DNA of 32,000 nucleotides from Thermoproteus tenax Kra 1 (GCF_000253055.1 NC_016070.1:1470001-1502000); one strand, 5' to 3'. Numbered from the stretch's first letter, positions 18,709 through 28,487 are shown. Program-made: numbers and translations. The notes: generated by a model not told the origin, from the sequence alone.

Positions 18709-19214
18709 TCCTTGAACACCCCCTTCAAGGAGTCGGCTATATTGAGGACGTCTATGAGACTTTTAATGCCTAAGGTCGCCTCGAAGCCCACCAGAAGCTT
18801 GTCGACATTGGCGCCCATCCCCTTAATCTTCTCCAGGAGGCAGTCCGAGGTGGAGTATACCCGCAGCCTTCTGCTGACACAGTCGCACTCAAAAACTGCC
18901 ACTCGCCCGCCAGAGACGAGGGATCTTCGGAGCCTTACGATGCCCTTATCCTTTAACACGAGCCACCCCTCAGATGCGAGCATCTCGGCGAGATCTAGCA
19001 ATAGCTGGCTGGGCATGGCGGCGCAGAGCGACGCAAGCGACTCCTCAAGTCCCTCTAGAGGCGGCGTTATCCTAAGCCGGACTCCATCGTCCTCGATCTT
19101 TACCTCCATGCTCCTGAGAGACAAGAAGGCCGCGGTCCGCTCTAGCTCCGGCGCCTCAAAAATGAGGAAGTCTTCCTCCCTCTTTAGATCGCACACGGTC
19201 GGCACACCTCGCAT
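18702..19214 (-). CDS. Hypothetical protein, 170 aa, coupled upstream of the wHTH gene
   Basis: MRGVPTVCDLKREEDFLIFEAPELERTAAFLSLRSMEVKIEDDGVRLRITPPLEG..; 7-nt overlap with the wHTH start. Confidence 0.72.
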   Translation of the reverse strand: MRGVPTVCDLKREEDFLIFEAPELERTAAFLSLRSMEVKIEDDGVRLRITPPLEGLEESLASLCAAMPSQLLLDLAEMLASEGWLVLKDKGIVRLRRSLVSGGRVAVFECDCVSRRLRVYSTSDCLLEKIKGMGANVDKLLVGFEATLGIKSLIDVLNIADSLKGVFKEC

Positions 19215-19265
19215 TTATAAAAAGGTTTAATCGAATATTCTTTAAAGCTCGACGGCCAGATCCAC

Positions 19266-19637
19266 GTGCCTCGCAACACCCTAGGGCCCTTTCTTAGCTT
19301 CAAGGAGAAGTACTTGAGGAGGGTGCTCGACGGCGATAAAAAAGTCACTATAAGGCTCGGGGCCTTAAGGCCACGCTTCCAGTTGGTCTACATAGTGTGT
19401 TGCGATATGATATATGGCGAAGCCATAATAACAGGAGTGGAATATCTCAGACTGAGGGACGTTCCCCTGGACGTTCTACGCGCCGATGGCTTCAACAGCC
19501 TGGAGGAGGCTTTGGCGGAGCTCAAGAGCCTTTATCCAGATATCTCAGCCAATGATATAGTGTCGGTAGTGCGCTTCATCGTAGTGCGGCGCTACGAGAG
19601 GCCGGTGCCGACATCTTTAGCGGGCAAAAGACAATAA
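19266..19637 (+). CDS. ASCH-domain-like small protein
   Basis: FLSFKEKYLRRVLDGDKKVTIRLGALRPRFQLVYIVCCDMIYGEAIITGVEYLRLRDV; GTG start. Confidence 0.75.
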   Translation: MPRNTLGPFLSFKEKYLRRVLDGDKKVTIRLGALRPRFQLVYIVCCDMIYGEAIITGVEYLRLRDVPLDVLRADGFNSLEEALAELKSLYPDISANDIVSVVRFIVVRRYERPVPTSLAGKRQ

Positions 19638-19656
19638 AATATATCACAGTAGACGC

Positions 19657-20682
19657 ATGATCAATAGAATAGCTCAAGAGCTAAAGGACTACGACTATTT
19701 GCTAGTGACAAAACGCGCCAATCTGGCGTACATCACAGGCTTTCCCGACGCCCTCGCGCTCATCGTAGATCTGAGGACAGGTGCATCGACGCTGTACGTA
19801 TCGCGGTTGGACTATAGAAGGGCATTGGCGCTAGCCAAAGCCGACGTCATTAAGGGGTATGCTACTGCGGAGATACCTCCGAGGGAGCCAGACGAGGCTC
19901 TCATTATTGCGAAGAACCTCATGGATCTATTAAAGAGCGAGGCCAAGGGCAGAGTGGCCTCAGACACCAAAGAGCTGGGAGACGACGTCTCAGAAAAGCT
20001 ACAGTCTATCAGGTCTATCAAGACTGAGGAGGAGGTCCAGAAGATAAGGAGGGCCTTGGAGATCACTGAGGAGGTCTTCTCGGAGCTACAGCTTGAGGGG
20101 CGCAGAGAGCGCGACGTGGCCGCCTTTATATACAGAAGAATGTTAGAGTTGGGCTCCGACGGCGTTGCCTTCGAGCCCATCGTTGGCTCAGGCCCCAATT
20201 CGGCCTGGCCGCACTACAATTATGGCGAGAGGAGGATAGCTTACGGCGATTCAGTAGTGGTGGACATAGGCGCTAGATACCAGCTCTATTGCGCCGATAT
20301 GACCAGAACCTACCTCATTGGAGATGTTGTTCCAGCTCTTAAGGACGCCCTATATGCCGTATATGAGTCCGCCAAGGCGGCAGAGAAGGCCGCCAGAGAG
20401 AACGTGCCAGCCAAGGAAGTCGACTTAGCCGCCAGGAAGACCTTGGAGGAGTACGGATTCGGGAAGTACTATATACATTCGACGGGCCACGGAGTCGGCG
20501 TCGAGGTGCACGAGCTGCCCCGTATTTCTCCGACATCCGAGGACATGCTTAAAGTGGGCATGGTCTTTACAATAGAGCCTGGCGTCTATATCAATAACGT
20601 AGGCGGAGTCAGGATTGAGAACATGGCGTATCTCTCCCCAGACGGTCTGATTGTGTTGAACAGAACTCGATATATTATTTAG
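19657..20682 (+). CDS. pepQ: Xaa-Pro dipeptidase / M24 family peptidase
   Basis: ..NLAYITGFPDALAL.., VVVDIGARYQLYCADMTRTYLIG, IHSTGHGVGVEVHELPRIS, MVFTIEPGVYINNVGGVRIENM. Confidence 0.93.
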   Translation: MINRIAQELKDYDYLLVTKRANLAYITGFPDALALIVDLRTGASTLYVSRLDYRRALALAKADVIKGYATAEIPPREPDEALIIAKNLMDLLKSEAKGRVASDTKELGDDVSEKLQSIRSIKTEEEVQKIRRALEITEEVFSELQLEGRRERDVAAFIYRRMLELGSDGVAFEPIVGSGPNSAWPHYNYGERRIAYGDSVVVDIGARYQLYCADMTRTYLIGDVVPALKDALYAVYESAKAAEKAARENVPAKEVDLAARKTLEEYGFGKYYIHSTGHGVGVEVHELPRISPTSEDMLKVGMVFTIEPGVYINNVGGVRIENMAYLSPDGLIVLNRTRYII

Positions 20683-21528
20683 ATCGAGCGTAGACTCCGA
20701 ATCCTCTCTCCACGCGCTCTACGACGAAGCCGGAGTATCTGAGCCTCTCGGCAACCCCCTTCCACACCGATATACCTCGGTACTTTGAGCCAGTTGAGCC
20801 CGTATAGTGGAACAGTCCCCCTCCCCTCCTGACGATTCTCTTGTACTCTGTGTACAACTGCTCCGAGTATAGCGCCTGAGTCGAATGGCTAAGGCGAGGA
20901 GGATCATGTATTATGTAGTCGAAAGACGCGCCTCTCAGGGCCTTGACAAAGTCCATTACGTCGCACAGCTCTACATCGATCCTGTCGCCGAAGAGTCCTC
21001 TACTATAGGGGTTATAGGAGGCTAACAATAACACGTTTGGGTCCGCCTCAACGGTCAATACGTATTTAGCGCCTCTGGCCAGAGATTCTATCGCCGTATA
21101 GCCCAGCCCAGTGCAGCACTCGAATACGCGGCCCCTCACGTACTTGACCTTTCGCTTAGTTACATCTAGAGGGTTCTCCAAGACGCTGTGCATCGTTATT
21201 CCGTTTATCATCAAAGTAGGCGCCCAGCCCCTCCGGTATACGCACAGCTTGTAGAAGTGCTCTCCGGCTATAGAGAGTTGTCTCCAACCGGACTCATATA
21301 CGTATATATCACAGCTCTCTTCGTCCAATTCTGGTAATTCATCCAAGTCTATCTCGTATATTGTACCATTAAAGACGAAGCGGGCACGCCGTCCTCGATA
21401 TTCGATAGGGGTTCTTGTGAGCTCTAGGTCGAAGGAGACGCTGCCCCTCATCTGTCTCAAGTCCTCGATCTGCCACTTAGAGACTACGGGCAGACCACGA
21501 TGTTGGAAAATTTCAGATACCTCCATGT
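20675..21528 (-). CDS. Predicted archaeal SAM-dependent methyltransferase (COG2521-like)
   Basis: ..VRGRVFECCTGLGYTAIESLARGAKYVLTVEADPNVLLLASYNPYSRGLFG..YIIHDPPRLSHSTQALYSEQLYTEYKRIVRRGGGLFHYTG. ATG 21528 preferred to track start 21577. Confidence 0.85.
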
Positions 21529-21548
21529 GATGTTTCTTAAACACCGCA

Positions 21549-21555
21549 TTTATAT
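21549..21555. promoter_or_regulatory. Single TATA-like box centred between divergent starts 21528(-) and 21576(+)
   Basis: TTTATAT, centre and midpoint of the starts both 21552. Confidence 0.5.
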
Positions 21556-21575
21556 CGTGGGATAAGGCTAATAAC

Positions 21576-21857
21576 ATGACGCCGATTGGAGAGTATATCC
21601 GCTATCTCGTCATATCGCGCCTAGCTAAAGGTCCGGCGACGGTCGACGAACTGAACTCGGTGGTAGAGGACGCCGTGAGGAGACTGGGGGTCAACTATAA
21701 TTGGCGCATATGGCCCGAGCTCGTCAAACGCGAGGTGGCGTTCGACGGTAATACGGCCAAATTGACCGAGAGGGGAAGGTGGGTCGCGGCCGTGGGCTTG
21801 AAGGCCATGGCCAGGTATGTGCAGAGGACGCTGGGCCGCGTCACTCTGGCGCTATGA
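21576..21857 (+). CDS. Small hypothetical protein, wHTH-like
   Basis: 93 aa; MTPIGEYIRYLVISRLAKGPATVDELNSVVEDAVRRLG..; convergent 17-nt overlap with the HD gene. Confidence 0.6.
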   Translation: MTPIGEYIRYLVISRLAKGPATVDELNSVVEDAVRRLGVNYNWRIWPELVKREVAFDGNTAKLTERGRWVAAVGLKAMARYVQRTLGRVTLAL

Positions 21858-23307
21858 GGGATACCTTGGCCACATAGGGCAAGACAGCCGGCAATATGCG
21901 CTTTATGTAGGCTACGACTCTGTTGCCGCAGCTCCTCGCGGCCTCCTCGCGTAGATATGCGAAAAAGTGAGGAGACCGGTCCCATGCCTCTTTGACCGCC
22001 TGGACAAGGGGGGACAGTTGTTCCAAGCGTATGGGCCCCTCCTGAGTTGCTATGTATATGTCGTCGGCCTTAGGATCGAAGGCCGCGTGAGCGATTTCGA
22101 GATCGCCGTCAGCTAGCTTGCATCCGGTTTTTTCAAGCATTCTATTAAGTTCCTCTATTAACACGGTCTTCATTATCTGTTGCGCCTCGATTTCAGACGA
22201 TGAGTATATCTCGTCGATAGTCCTGTTAATCAGCTTCACATCATCTTTAAATATTTCGAGATAATCCTTGTCTCTTTTCCACAGAGATATATAGCCCAGC
22301 TTTCTGCGCGAGAGGAGATCCTTGAACTTTGTATCGTTAATAAATACTGATACAAAGAAGTCGTCTGTAGTCCGCCACAGTAAATCCTCAGAGATATCTC
22401 CTGAGACGAAACGGGCTAAGTCGCATAGATATTCGCATATTACGCCCTTCAGAGAGCCCTCTCTACACTTTTGTATATTTTCTCTAAGTATTGATCTCGC
22501 CACCTCCGTGAAGAGGATAGTCTTATGATGTAGATAGACATGCCGGTATATGTTATATCTAGTGATCACATAGCCCTCCAGATGGACGCGGGCCTTCTCG
22601 TCGAAGACAAGCCCGTAGCCTTTCACATAGTCGATATTGCTGATCATGCGCTCAAGGTCAATGTGGCCTATAGAGGTCCCCACGGCGGCGCCTGTGAAGT
22701 ATAAGTCGCGCATTATATAATCAAGGCGGTCAGCATCGAGAGTGCCGGAGACTATGCCCGATAATATCTTCACGATCTCTCCGTCCTTTGACGAATATTC
22801 CTTGTCTAATATCGATTTAATGAGGCTCGGGTCGTAGCCGCGCTCCCTTAGATCAGACGAGATCCGTTCCACTATGAGCCGGCCTGTGACCTCGTGAGGC
22901 TTCTCTCTCTCGAAGAGAGATATGTCGACGGAGTTCCCACACCCCAAGTCCTTAGACGCAGAAACTAGCTCGCCTATGACTCCCTCAAACGTGTGCGAGA
23001 AGGGGTAGTGCCCTATGTCGTGCAGTAGAGCGGCCAGCCGCAGATGTTTGAGGAGATAGTCCAGATCTTCCGACACTGCCACCTTAGGGAGCAGCTCCTT
23101 GCCGATATGGTAGGCCAGATGCATAACCCCAAGAGAGTGGTCGAACCGCGAGTACACCGCAGAGGGATAGACCAAATAGACCATCCCCAACTGTTTTATA
23201 TAGCGGAGCCGCTGTATGACGGGCAATGAGTCCAGTAGCTCTACCTCATCTTTAGTCAAACGGATCCAACCATGGACCGGATCTCGAATCTGTTTGATGA
23301 ATTGCAC
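21841..23307 (-). CDS. HD-domain phosphohydrolase (COG1078/dGTPase-like)
   Basis: IRDPVHGWIRLTKDEVELLDSLPVIQRLRYIKQLGMVYLVYPSAVYSRFDHSLGVMHLAYHIGKEL..LRLAALLHDIGHYPFSHTFEG.. GTG start. Confidence 0.93.
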   Translation of the reverse strand: MQFIKQIRDPVHGWIRLTKDEVELLDSLPVIQRLRYIKQLGMVYLVYPSAVYSRFDHSLGVMHLAYHIGKELLPKVAVSEDLDYLLKHLRLAALLHDIGHYPFSHTFEGVIGELVSASKDLGCGNSVDISLFEREKPHEVTGRLIVERISSDLRERGYDPSLIKSILDKEYSSKDGEIVKILSGIVSGTLDADRLDYIMRDLYFTGAAVGTSIGHIDLERMISNIDYVKGYGLVFDEKARVHLEGYVITRYNIYRHVYLHHKTILFTEVARSILRENIQKCREGSLKGVICEYLCDLARFVSGDISEDLLWRTTDDFFVSVFINDTKFKDLLSRRKLGYISLWKRDKDYLEIFKDDVKLINRTIDEIYSSSEIEAQQIMKTVLIEELNRMLEKTGCKLADGDLEIAHAAFDPKADDIYIATQEGPIRLEQLSPLVQAVKEAWDRSPHFFAYLREEAARSCGNRVVAYIKRILPAVLPYVAKVSLIAPE

Positions 23308-23335
23308 ACAATTATTAGACCTCAGTTATTTTAGC

Positions 23336-24394
23336 GTGCGCGTGGCTATAATCGGGGCAGGCCCAGCTGGGCTCTCTGCCGCCAGAGGCCTTGACGCAGA
23401 TGTGTTTGAAGAACACGACAGCGTGGGCCTTCCGCGGCACTGTACGAGTCTCGTGAGCTCCGAGGGGGCAGAGTCGTCGGGTATAAGTCCTTCGTTGGTC
23501 GTAAGTAAGTATAACCTTGTCACACTGATGAACCTAAGGGGAGACTACATCGTGTTCAGACTTAGGAAGCCCGTCTATATGATAGATAGGCCCGGCCTTG
23601 AGGACAAGCTGGCCGAGGGCATTGCAGTGAAGCTCCGTAGTAGAGTCACAGGCGTGGAGGGCCACTATATATTTGTAAACAACGAACGTCGCGGACCCTA
23701 CGACGTCATCGTCATAGCCGAGGGCGCGGCGAGGAGGTTTTCTGAAAGGTACGGAAAGGTGGTCAGATTGCCGGGGCTTCAGATCGACGCGAGGATAGCG
23801 GGCAGGCCCTTAGAAGAGATGAACGTTATATACGATAGAAAAATATCTCAGAGCTATTTCGCCTGGGTTGTACACATAGACGGCGAGCTCTACAGAATAG
23901 GCCTCGCAGATAGATCGCAGATTCCCCAGAAGTTGCAAAAATTGTTGAAGATATTCAGAGCGGAGCCTGTGTCTAAGCCGTTCGGCGGAGGCGTCTTGGC
24001 AGGCCCTCCCGCGCCTAGGTTAGTAGTAGGCCCTCATGCCTTGGTTGGAGATGCAGCAGGCCTCACTAAACCTCTGAGCGGGGGAGGGATAGTTCTGGCC
24101 CTAAAGAGCGGCGTAGCTCTTAGAGACTCGATCAATAAAGGGGACTTGGGCCTCTATGAGTCCGCGCTTAGGCCAACCCTACTAAGGTTGAAAGTTGCAC
24201 ACCTCGCATATAAATTCATGTACGAAAGGGGGTTCGTCCACAAGTCGCTGGCACTTTTCAGTAAGTCGGAATTCTTGGCGTACGACTATGACGACCATGT
24301 GAAGACTCTGTTGCTCGCCCTCATGACGACCCACAAAGCGCCGATAGCTCTGGCGGAGGGGCTACGGTATTATCTGCGCTCGGAAAAAATTTAA
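23336..24394 (+). CDS. Geranylgeranyl reductase family FAD-dependent oxidoreductase
   Basis: VRVAIIGAGPAGLSAARGLDADVFEEHDSVGLPRHCTSLVS..RSRVTGVEGHYIFVNNERRGPYDVIVIAEGA..PRLVVGPHALVGDAAGLTKPLSGGGIVLALKSG. GTG 23336 rather than track start 23216. Confidence 0.88.
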   Translation: MRVAIIGAGPAGLSAARGLDADVFEEHDSVGLPRHCTSLVSSEGAESSGISPSLVVSKYNLVTLMNLRGDYIVFRLRKPVYMIDRPGLEDKLAEGIAVKLRSRVTGVEGHYIFVNNERRGPYDVIVIAEGAARRFSERYGKVVRLPGLQIDARIAGRPLEEMNVIYDRKISQSYFAWVVHIDGELYRIGLADRSQIPQKLQKLLKIFRAEPVSKPFGGGVLAGPPAPRLVVGPHALVGDAAGLTKPLSGGGIVLALKSGVALRDSINKGDLGLYESALRPTLLRLKVAHLAYKFMYERGFVHKSLALFSKSEFLAYDYDDHVKTLLLALMTTHKAPIALAEGLRYYLRSEKI

Positions 24395-24414
24395 AGCAAC
24401 ATAAAGATAAAGTC

Positions 24415-24516
24415 GCCGGGGTGGCCGAGCGGCCCAAGGCGCGGGACTCGAGGCCAGGGGGACGCGTGACATCCCGTCCCCGCGAGGGGGCGTGGGTTCA
24501 AATCCCACCCCCGGCG
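24415..24516 (+). tRNA. tRNA-Ser(CGA) with an 18-nt insertion at the 37/38 position
   Basis: Acceptor GCCGGGG/CCCCGGC, anticodon stem CGGGA (24442-24446)/TCCCG (24472-24476), loop CTCGAG-[18 nt]-A, class II variable arm CCCC-GCGA-GGGG, T arm GTGGG TTCAAAT CCCAC, discriminator G. Confidence 0.93.
24453..24470 (+). other. tRNA-Ser intron, GCCAGGGGGACGCGTGAC
   Basis: Removing these 18 nt restores a 7-nt anticodon loop CTCGAGA. Confidence 0.75.
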
Positions 24517-24521
24517 TTCTT

Positions 24522-25043
24522 TCACCTATATCGGCCGAACGCTACATAGTATGCCCCAACCAGGATCGCGAAGAAGATAAACCTGACGAGCCACAGCCCC
24601 ACGCCCGCGGAGCTCTGGGGTCTCACAAGCAGCGGAAAAACGCCTATATATGGTATTGTTACGACGACCTCTCCCACTAAGTTGTTCAAAGTCACAGGAG
24701 GCTCGCCGTAGGCTTGGTCGGAGATAGGATTTGTCAACATATTATCGCCCTTTGTCGTGATCTGACACCCAGGATCGACTGCGATGACTCTGTGTATGAT
24801 CCACTCGCCTGGAGGGAAGGGTAGGCTTGCAATATAGACGACGATATCGCCGACGTGTATCTGCGAGCAAGTCTGCACGCCAGTTAAGATCACGAAGTCC
24901 CCAACCCTCAATGTGGGCAACATAGACCATGATGAAACTACTGCAAAGGGCCATGAGACATGGATGACGTATCGGGCAACAAGGAAGATGAGGAAGATCA
25001 ATACGGCGAAGACGAGCAGATCCGTAGTCCATCTATCGCCCAT
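24522..25043 (-). CDS. Signal peptidase I, archaeal type
   Basis: ..VVSSWSMLPTLRVGDFVIL..VGDIVVY.. EWIIHRVIAVDPGCQITTKGDNMLTNP; terminal TM segments. ATG 25043 or 25055. Confidence 0.9.
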   Translation of the reverse strand: MGDRWTTDLLVFAVLIFLIFLVARYVIHVSWPFAVVSSWSMLPTLRVGDFVILTGVQTCSQIHVGDIVVYIASLPFPPGEWIIHRVIAVDPGCQITTKGDNMLTNPISDQAYGEPPVTLNNLVGEVVVTIPYIGVFPLLVRPQSSAGVGLWLVRFIFFAILVGAYYVAFGRYR

Positions 25044-25114
25044 GACCCTCCACATTTTGAGGACAAAATAAGTTTGCGGAGAAAGATTTTTATAGACGCA
25101 AATTATGTCAAGCT

Positions 25115-26761
25115 ATGGCTCAAGCACCCAGGAGCGGGGTTCCAGTAATGATACTCAAGGAGGGCTCCCAGAGGACTACAGGCGAGGACGCTCGTCGTAG
25201 CAATATACAAGCTGCCAAGGTCATCTCGGAGATACTGTCGACATCGCTAGGCCCCAGAGGCATGGACAAAATGCTTATAGACGCCTTCGGCGACGTCACT
25301 ATAACTGGCGATGGCGCTGCGATATTAAAGGAGATGGAGATACAACATCCCGCTGCTAAGTTGCTCATCGAGGTCGCCAAGGCGCAAGACGCGGAGGTCG
25401 GTGACGGAACTACCACTGTCGTAGTTCTTGCAGGTAAGCTCCTTACGGCGGCTGAGGAGCTGTTGGAGGAGGGAATACACCCCACGATTATAATTGATGG
25501 CTTTAAGAAGGCGGCCGACTATGCGGCCAAGGTCGCTGAGGAGATCGCCAGGCCTATACAGTTAACGAAGGATGATATGGTCAAGGTTGTAGTAAACTCG
25601 CTGAGCAGCAAAATAGTATCTGAGGCCAAGGATTATCTCGCACAAATCACTGTCGATGCAGCCTTCCAAGCGGTGGAGCAGAGGAATGGGACTCCCTATC
25701 TGGATCTCGACTGGATTAAGATCGAGAAGAAGAAAGGGAAGTCGCTCTACGAGACTCAGTTAGTCCAGGGGATTGTACTCGACAAGGAGGTTGTGCACCC
25801 CGGCATGCCTAAGCGTGTTGAGAACGCCAAGATAGCCATACTCGACGCGCCACTAGAGATAGAGAAGCCTGAGTGGACCACTAAAATAAGCGTGAACAGC
25901 CCAGAGCAGATAAAGGCGTTCCTAGACCAGGAGGCCGATATACTCAAGAAATACGTGGATCACTTAGCCGAGATAGGCGCAAACGTAGTGATAACTCAGA
26001 AGGGTATTGACGAAGTGGCTCAACACTTCTTGGCGAAGAGAGGTATAATGGCCGTCAGGCGCGTCAAGAGGAGCGACATAGAGAAGTTGGCCAGAGCTAC
26101 CGGCGCCCGCATAATAACTAGCATCAAGGACGCCAAGTCTGAGGACTTGGGGAGCGCCGGATTAGTAGAGGAGAGGAAAGTCGGTGAGGAGAAAATGGTA
26201 TTCGTCGAAAAAGTACAGAATCCGAAGGCTGTGACAATCTTAGTGCGCGGCGGCAGCGATAGAGTGCTCGACGAGGTTGAGCGCTCTATGCAAGACGCCC
26301 TACATGTAGCCAGAGATCTGTTTAGATTGCCGAAGATAGTGCCCGGAGGCGGCGCGTTTGAAGCCGAGCTAGCGAGACGCGTCCGCGAATTCGCCAGAAA
26401 GATGCCGGGCAAAGAGCAGCTGGCCGCGCTCAAATTCGCCGACGCCCTGGAGAGTATACCAGTTATATTGTCTCTGACGGCCGGCCTAGACCCCGTAGAC
26501 GCCATAGCGGAGCTGAGGCGTCGCCACGATAACGGAGAGATCACAGCTGGCGTTGACGTATTAAGCGGAAAGATCGCCGATATGGCCGCCCTTAACGTCT
26601 GGGATCCGTTGATAGTTAAACAGAACGTCATAAGGAGCGCCACAGAGGCGGCAATAATGGTTCTCCGCATAGACGATATAATCGCGGCCGGCGCGCCGAA
26701 GAAGGAGGAAAAGAAGGGAGAGAAGAAGGAGGGCGAGGAGGGCGAGAGCAAATCAGACTAA
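25115..26761 (+). CDS. ths: Thermosome subunit (group II chaperonin)
   Basis: 548 aa; [74 protein letters not shown]..., C-terminal [18 protein letters not shown]. Confidence 0.98.
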   Translation: MAQAPRSGVPVMILKEGSQRTTGEDARRSNIQAAKVISEILSTSLGPRGMDKMLIDAFGDVTITGDGAAILKEMEIQHPAAKLLIEVAKAQDAEVGDGTTTVVVLAGKLLTAAEELLEEGIHPTIIIDGFKKAADYAAKVAEEIARPIQLTKDDMVKVVVNSLSSKIVSEAKDYLAQITVDAAFQAVEQRNGTPYLDLDWIKIEKKKGKSLYETQLVQGIVLDKEVVHPGMPKRVENAKIAILDAPLEIEKPEWTTKISVNSPEQIKAFLDQEADILKKYVDHLAEIGANVVITQKGIDEVAQHFLAKRGIMAVRRVKRSDIEKLARATGARIITSIKDAKSEDLGSAGLVEERKVGEEKMVFVEKVQNPKAVTILVRGGSDRVLDEVERSMQDALHVARDLFRLPKIVPGGGAFEAELARRVREFARKMPGKEQLAALKFADALESIPVILSLTAGLDPVDAIAELRRRHDNGEITAGVDVLSGKIADMAALNVWDPLIVKQNVIRSATEAAIMVLRIDDIIAAGAPKKEEKKGEKKEGEEGESKSD

Positions 26762-26792
26762 GATTTTTTAAAATCATCTTTTCCGTGAGCCA

Positions 26793-27131
26793 ATGGAGAC
26801 TAGACTTTCTACCCCAGAGCTCGTAGAGAGAATCGAAAAACTGGTGCAAGCGTTGAGATCATCGCTTCAAGATAGAACTCTATACCCTCCGAGGCTGACG
26901 CGCTTTGAGGTGGCCAGAGTAATAGCGGCGCGCGCAATACAGCTGTCTATGGGCGCAGAGCCCCTCATAGATATCAGCACGTTGCAGATCAAGGACCCTG
27001 TAATAATAGCAATTGAAGAATTTAAACAGGGCAAGCTAAATTTCTCTATTGTTAGAGAGCTTCCTGATGGAAAAACAATAAAATTACAATTGAAAAATTT
27101 ATTAGAATTTGAAAAACTTATTCAGGCTTAA
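26793..27131 (+). CDS. rpoK: DNA-directed RNA polymerase subunit K (Rpb6 homologue)
   Basis: ..RLTRFEVARVIAARAIQLSMGAEPLIDISTLQIKDPVIIAIEEFKQGKLNFSIVRELPDGKTI. Confidence 0.95.
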   Translation: METRLSTPELVERIEKLVQALRSSLQDRTLYPPRLTRFEVARVIAARAIQLSMGAEPLIDISTLQIKDPVIIAIEEFKQGKLNFSIVRELPDGKTIKLQLKNLLEFEKLIQA

Positions 27132-27297
27132 TAATAACTAAATCTTTGCCTATATATAGAAAGGTATGACCGCCAGCCTTTATAGTTTTATCCGTCTTAA
27201 TCCAACTTAGATCGCCCTTCATCACGTATACTATCAACATCTCTCCGACCCTATATGCATAGTAGTTTATACCTCTCTTCTGCAGCTCTTCCAACAC
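27118..27297 (-). CDS. Possible small protein, 59 aa
   Basis: VLEELQKRGINYYAYRVGEMLIVYVMKGDLSWIKTDKTIKAGGHTFLYIGKDLVIIKPE; GTG start with a TATA-like box (CATATTTATG) about 22 nt upstream; overlaps the rpoK 3' end by 14 nt. Confidence 0.5.
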   Translation of the reverse strand: MLEELQKRGINYYAYRVGEMLIVYVMKGDLSWIKTDKTIKAGGHTFLYIGKDLVIIKPE

Positions 27298-27350
27298 GAG
27301 TGTGTGATGCCCCGCATAAATATGTTTTGAATGTTATACAGGAGACAGAA

Positions 27351-27453
27351 TGCGGGGGGTGGGATTTGAACCCACGCAGGCCTACGCCACAGGGACCTCT
27401 GGGCCGGCTGAGCCGACAACCCTGCCCCTTTGACCTGGCTCGGGCACCCCCGC
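27351..27453 (-). tRNA. tRNA-Leu(GAG) with an 18-nt intron between positions 34 and 35
   Basis: Acceptor GCGGGGG/CCCCCGC, discriminator A, anticodon stem CAGGG/CCCTG, T arm GTGGG TTCAAAT CCCAC. Precursor loop TTG-[TCGGCTCAGCCGGCCCAG]-AGGT; spliced loop TTGAGGT. Confidence 0.92.
27399..27416 (-). other. tRNA-Leu(GAG) intron
   Basis: 3-nt bulge TGT, inner helix CGGC/GCCG, central helix GGGT/GCCC, 3-nt bulge AGA; cuts TG^T and AG^A. Confidence 0.7.
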
Positions 27454-27478
27454 TCGATAACCTATAATGTGCCGGTTT

Positions 27479-28207
27479 TTAAGGCTTTACGACGTTTCTT
27501 ATCGAGCGCACAATCTCTCTCAACTTCTCGGGCTCCTCTTCGGCAATAGTACCCGTCACTATGACGTTTGGTCTCTCTCTGGCGATCTGTTCGGCTATAG
27601 CGCCAGATCTTATGCCGCCTCCAACTATTAAGACGCGGTCTAGGTACTTCCTCACGGCTCTAACCATCGGTATCGGTACAGGCTCCGGCGCGCCGCTGCC
27701 TGCCTCCAGATAGACTGCATTGAATCCCATATATCTAGCGGCTAGGGCATAGGCGACGGCTATCTCCGGCCTCTTGAGCGGCAACGGCCTGGCCATACTC
27801 AGATACCCGGCGGCGCCTCCATCGCCGACCAAAATATAGGCAGTAGATATGACCTCCAAGTTGGGATAGTGCTTGGCCAGAATCACGGCGCCTTGTAGTT
27901 GGGCCCCCACGATAAAGTAAGGATCTTGTGAGTTCAATACACTGAGGAAGAGAATTGCATCGGCCCTCTGAGTTATTTGACAGATAGTGCCAGGAAACAA
28001 CACTATGGGCACATGGGAGATCAACTTCAGTTCCTTAACCACATCGTCAAGCTCGCCCGAGGGTATACCTAAAGACCCTCCTACCAGAATACCGTCTGTG
28101 CCCGCCTCTAGGGCGATCTTGGCTATCTTGATGTAGTCAACGGATTTATCGGGATCTATCAGAGTGAAGTGTTTAACACCTTCGGACAGATACTCAAGGA
28201 CCCTCAT
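27479..28207 (-). CDS. Geranylgeranylglyceryl phosphate synthase
   Basis: [94 protein letters not shown]-like pattern. Confidence 0.95.
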   Translation of the reverse strand: MRVLEYLSEGVKHFTLIDPDKSVDYIKIAKIALEAGTDGILVGGSLGIPSGELDDVVKELKLISHVPIVLFPGTICQITQRADAILFLSVLNSQDPYFIVGAQLQGAVILAKHYPNLEVISTAYILVGDGGAAGYLSMARPLPLKRPEIAVAYALAARYMGFNAVYLEAGSGAPEPVPIPMVRAVRKYLDRVLIVGGGIRSGAIAEQIARERPNVIVTGTIAEEEPEKLREIVRSIRNVVKP

Positions 28208-28487
28208 TTCCGCTCCCCTCGGCTCCCTCCTCAGACCTCTGATCAGGCGGCCTTATCTTACCTTCCAGGAAGTGATCCACAAAAACATTATAGTAGTCCA
28301 CAGCAGTCCAACGAGGATGTTCCTCGAACTCCTCGTAGAGACCGCAACTTCCACAAATTACTATATATTTATCGTCTCTCCTTTTGACATTTACGCTCTG
28401 GGATCCACAGTTGGGGCATACGAAGATCTTAGGTATGGCCCTCCTCGGCCTCGCAATGATCTTCCTCCTTTTTCTCCTGCCTCCCAC
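28194..28487 (-). CDS. Elf1-like transcription elongation factor (zinc ribbon)
   Basis: [76 protein letters not shown]; GTG start; TATA-like TTTTATAG upstream. Confidence 0.88.
   Translation of the reverse strand: MGGRRKRRKIIARPRRAIPKIFVCPNCGSQSVNVKRRDDKYIVICGSCGLYEEFEEHPRWTAVDYYNVFVDHFLEGKIRPPDQRSEEGAEGSGNEGP

Noticed and set aside
21528-21577. Possible overlapping divergent ATGs at 21577(-) and 21576(+)
   Set aside because: Attractive as a curiosity, but the - gene is better started at 21528, where a TATA-like box has correct spacing and the extra 16 residues are not family-like.
25120-26751. Minus-strand ORFs including a 243-aa frame at 26020..26751
   Set aside because: Antisense to the thermosome gene; serine/leucine-rich composition is the usual mirror of a real gene.
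27255-27467. Plus-strand 70-aa ORF across the tRNA-Leu(GAG) locus
   Set aside because: Largely antisense to the tRNA; sequence WDLNPRRPTPQGP is the familiar tRNA-derived false protein.
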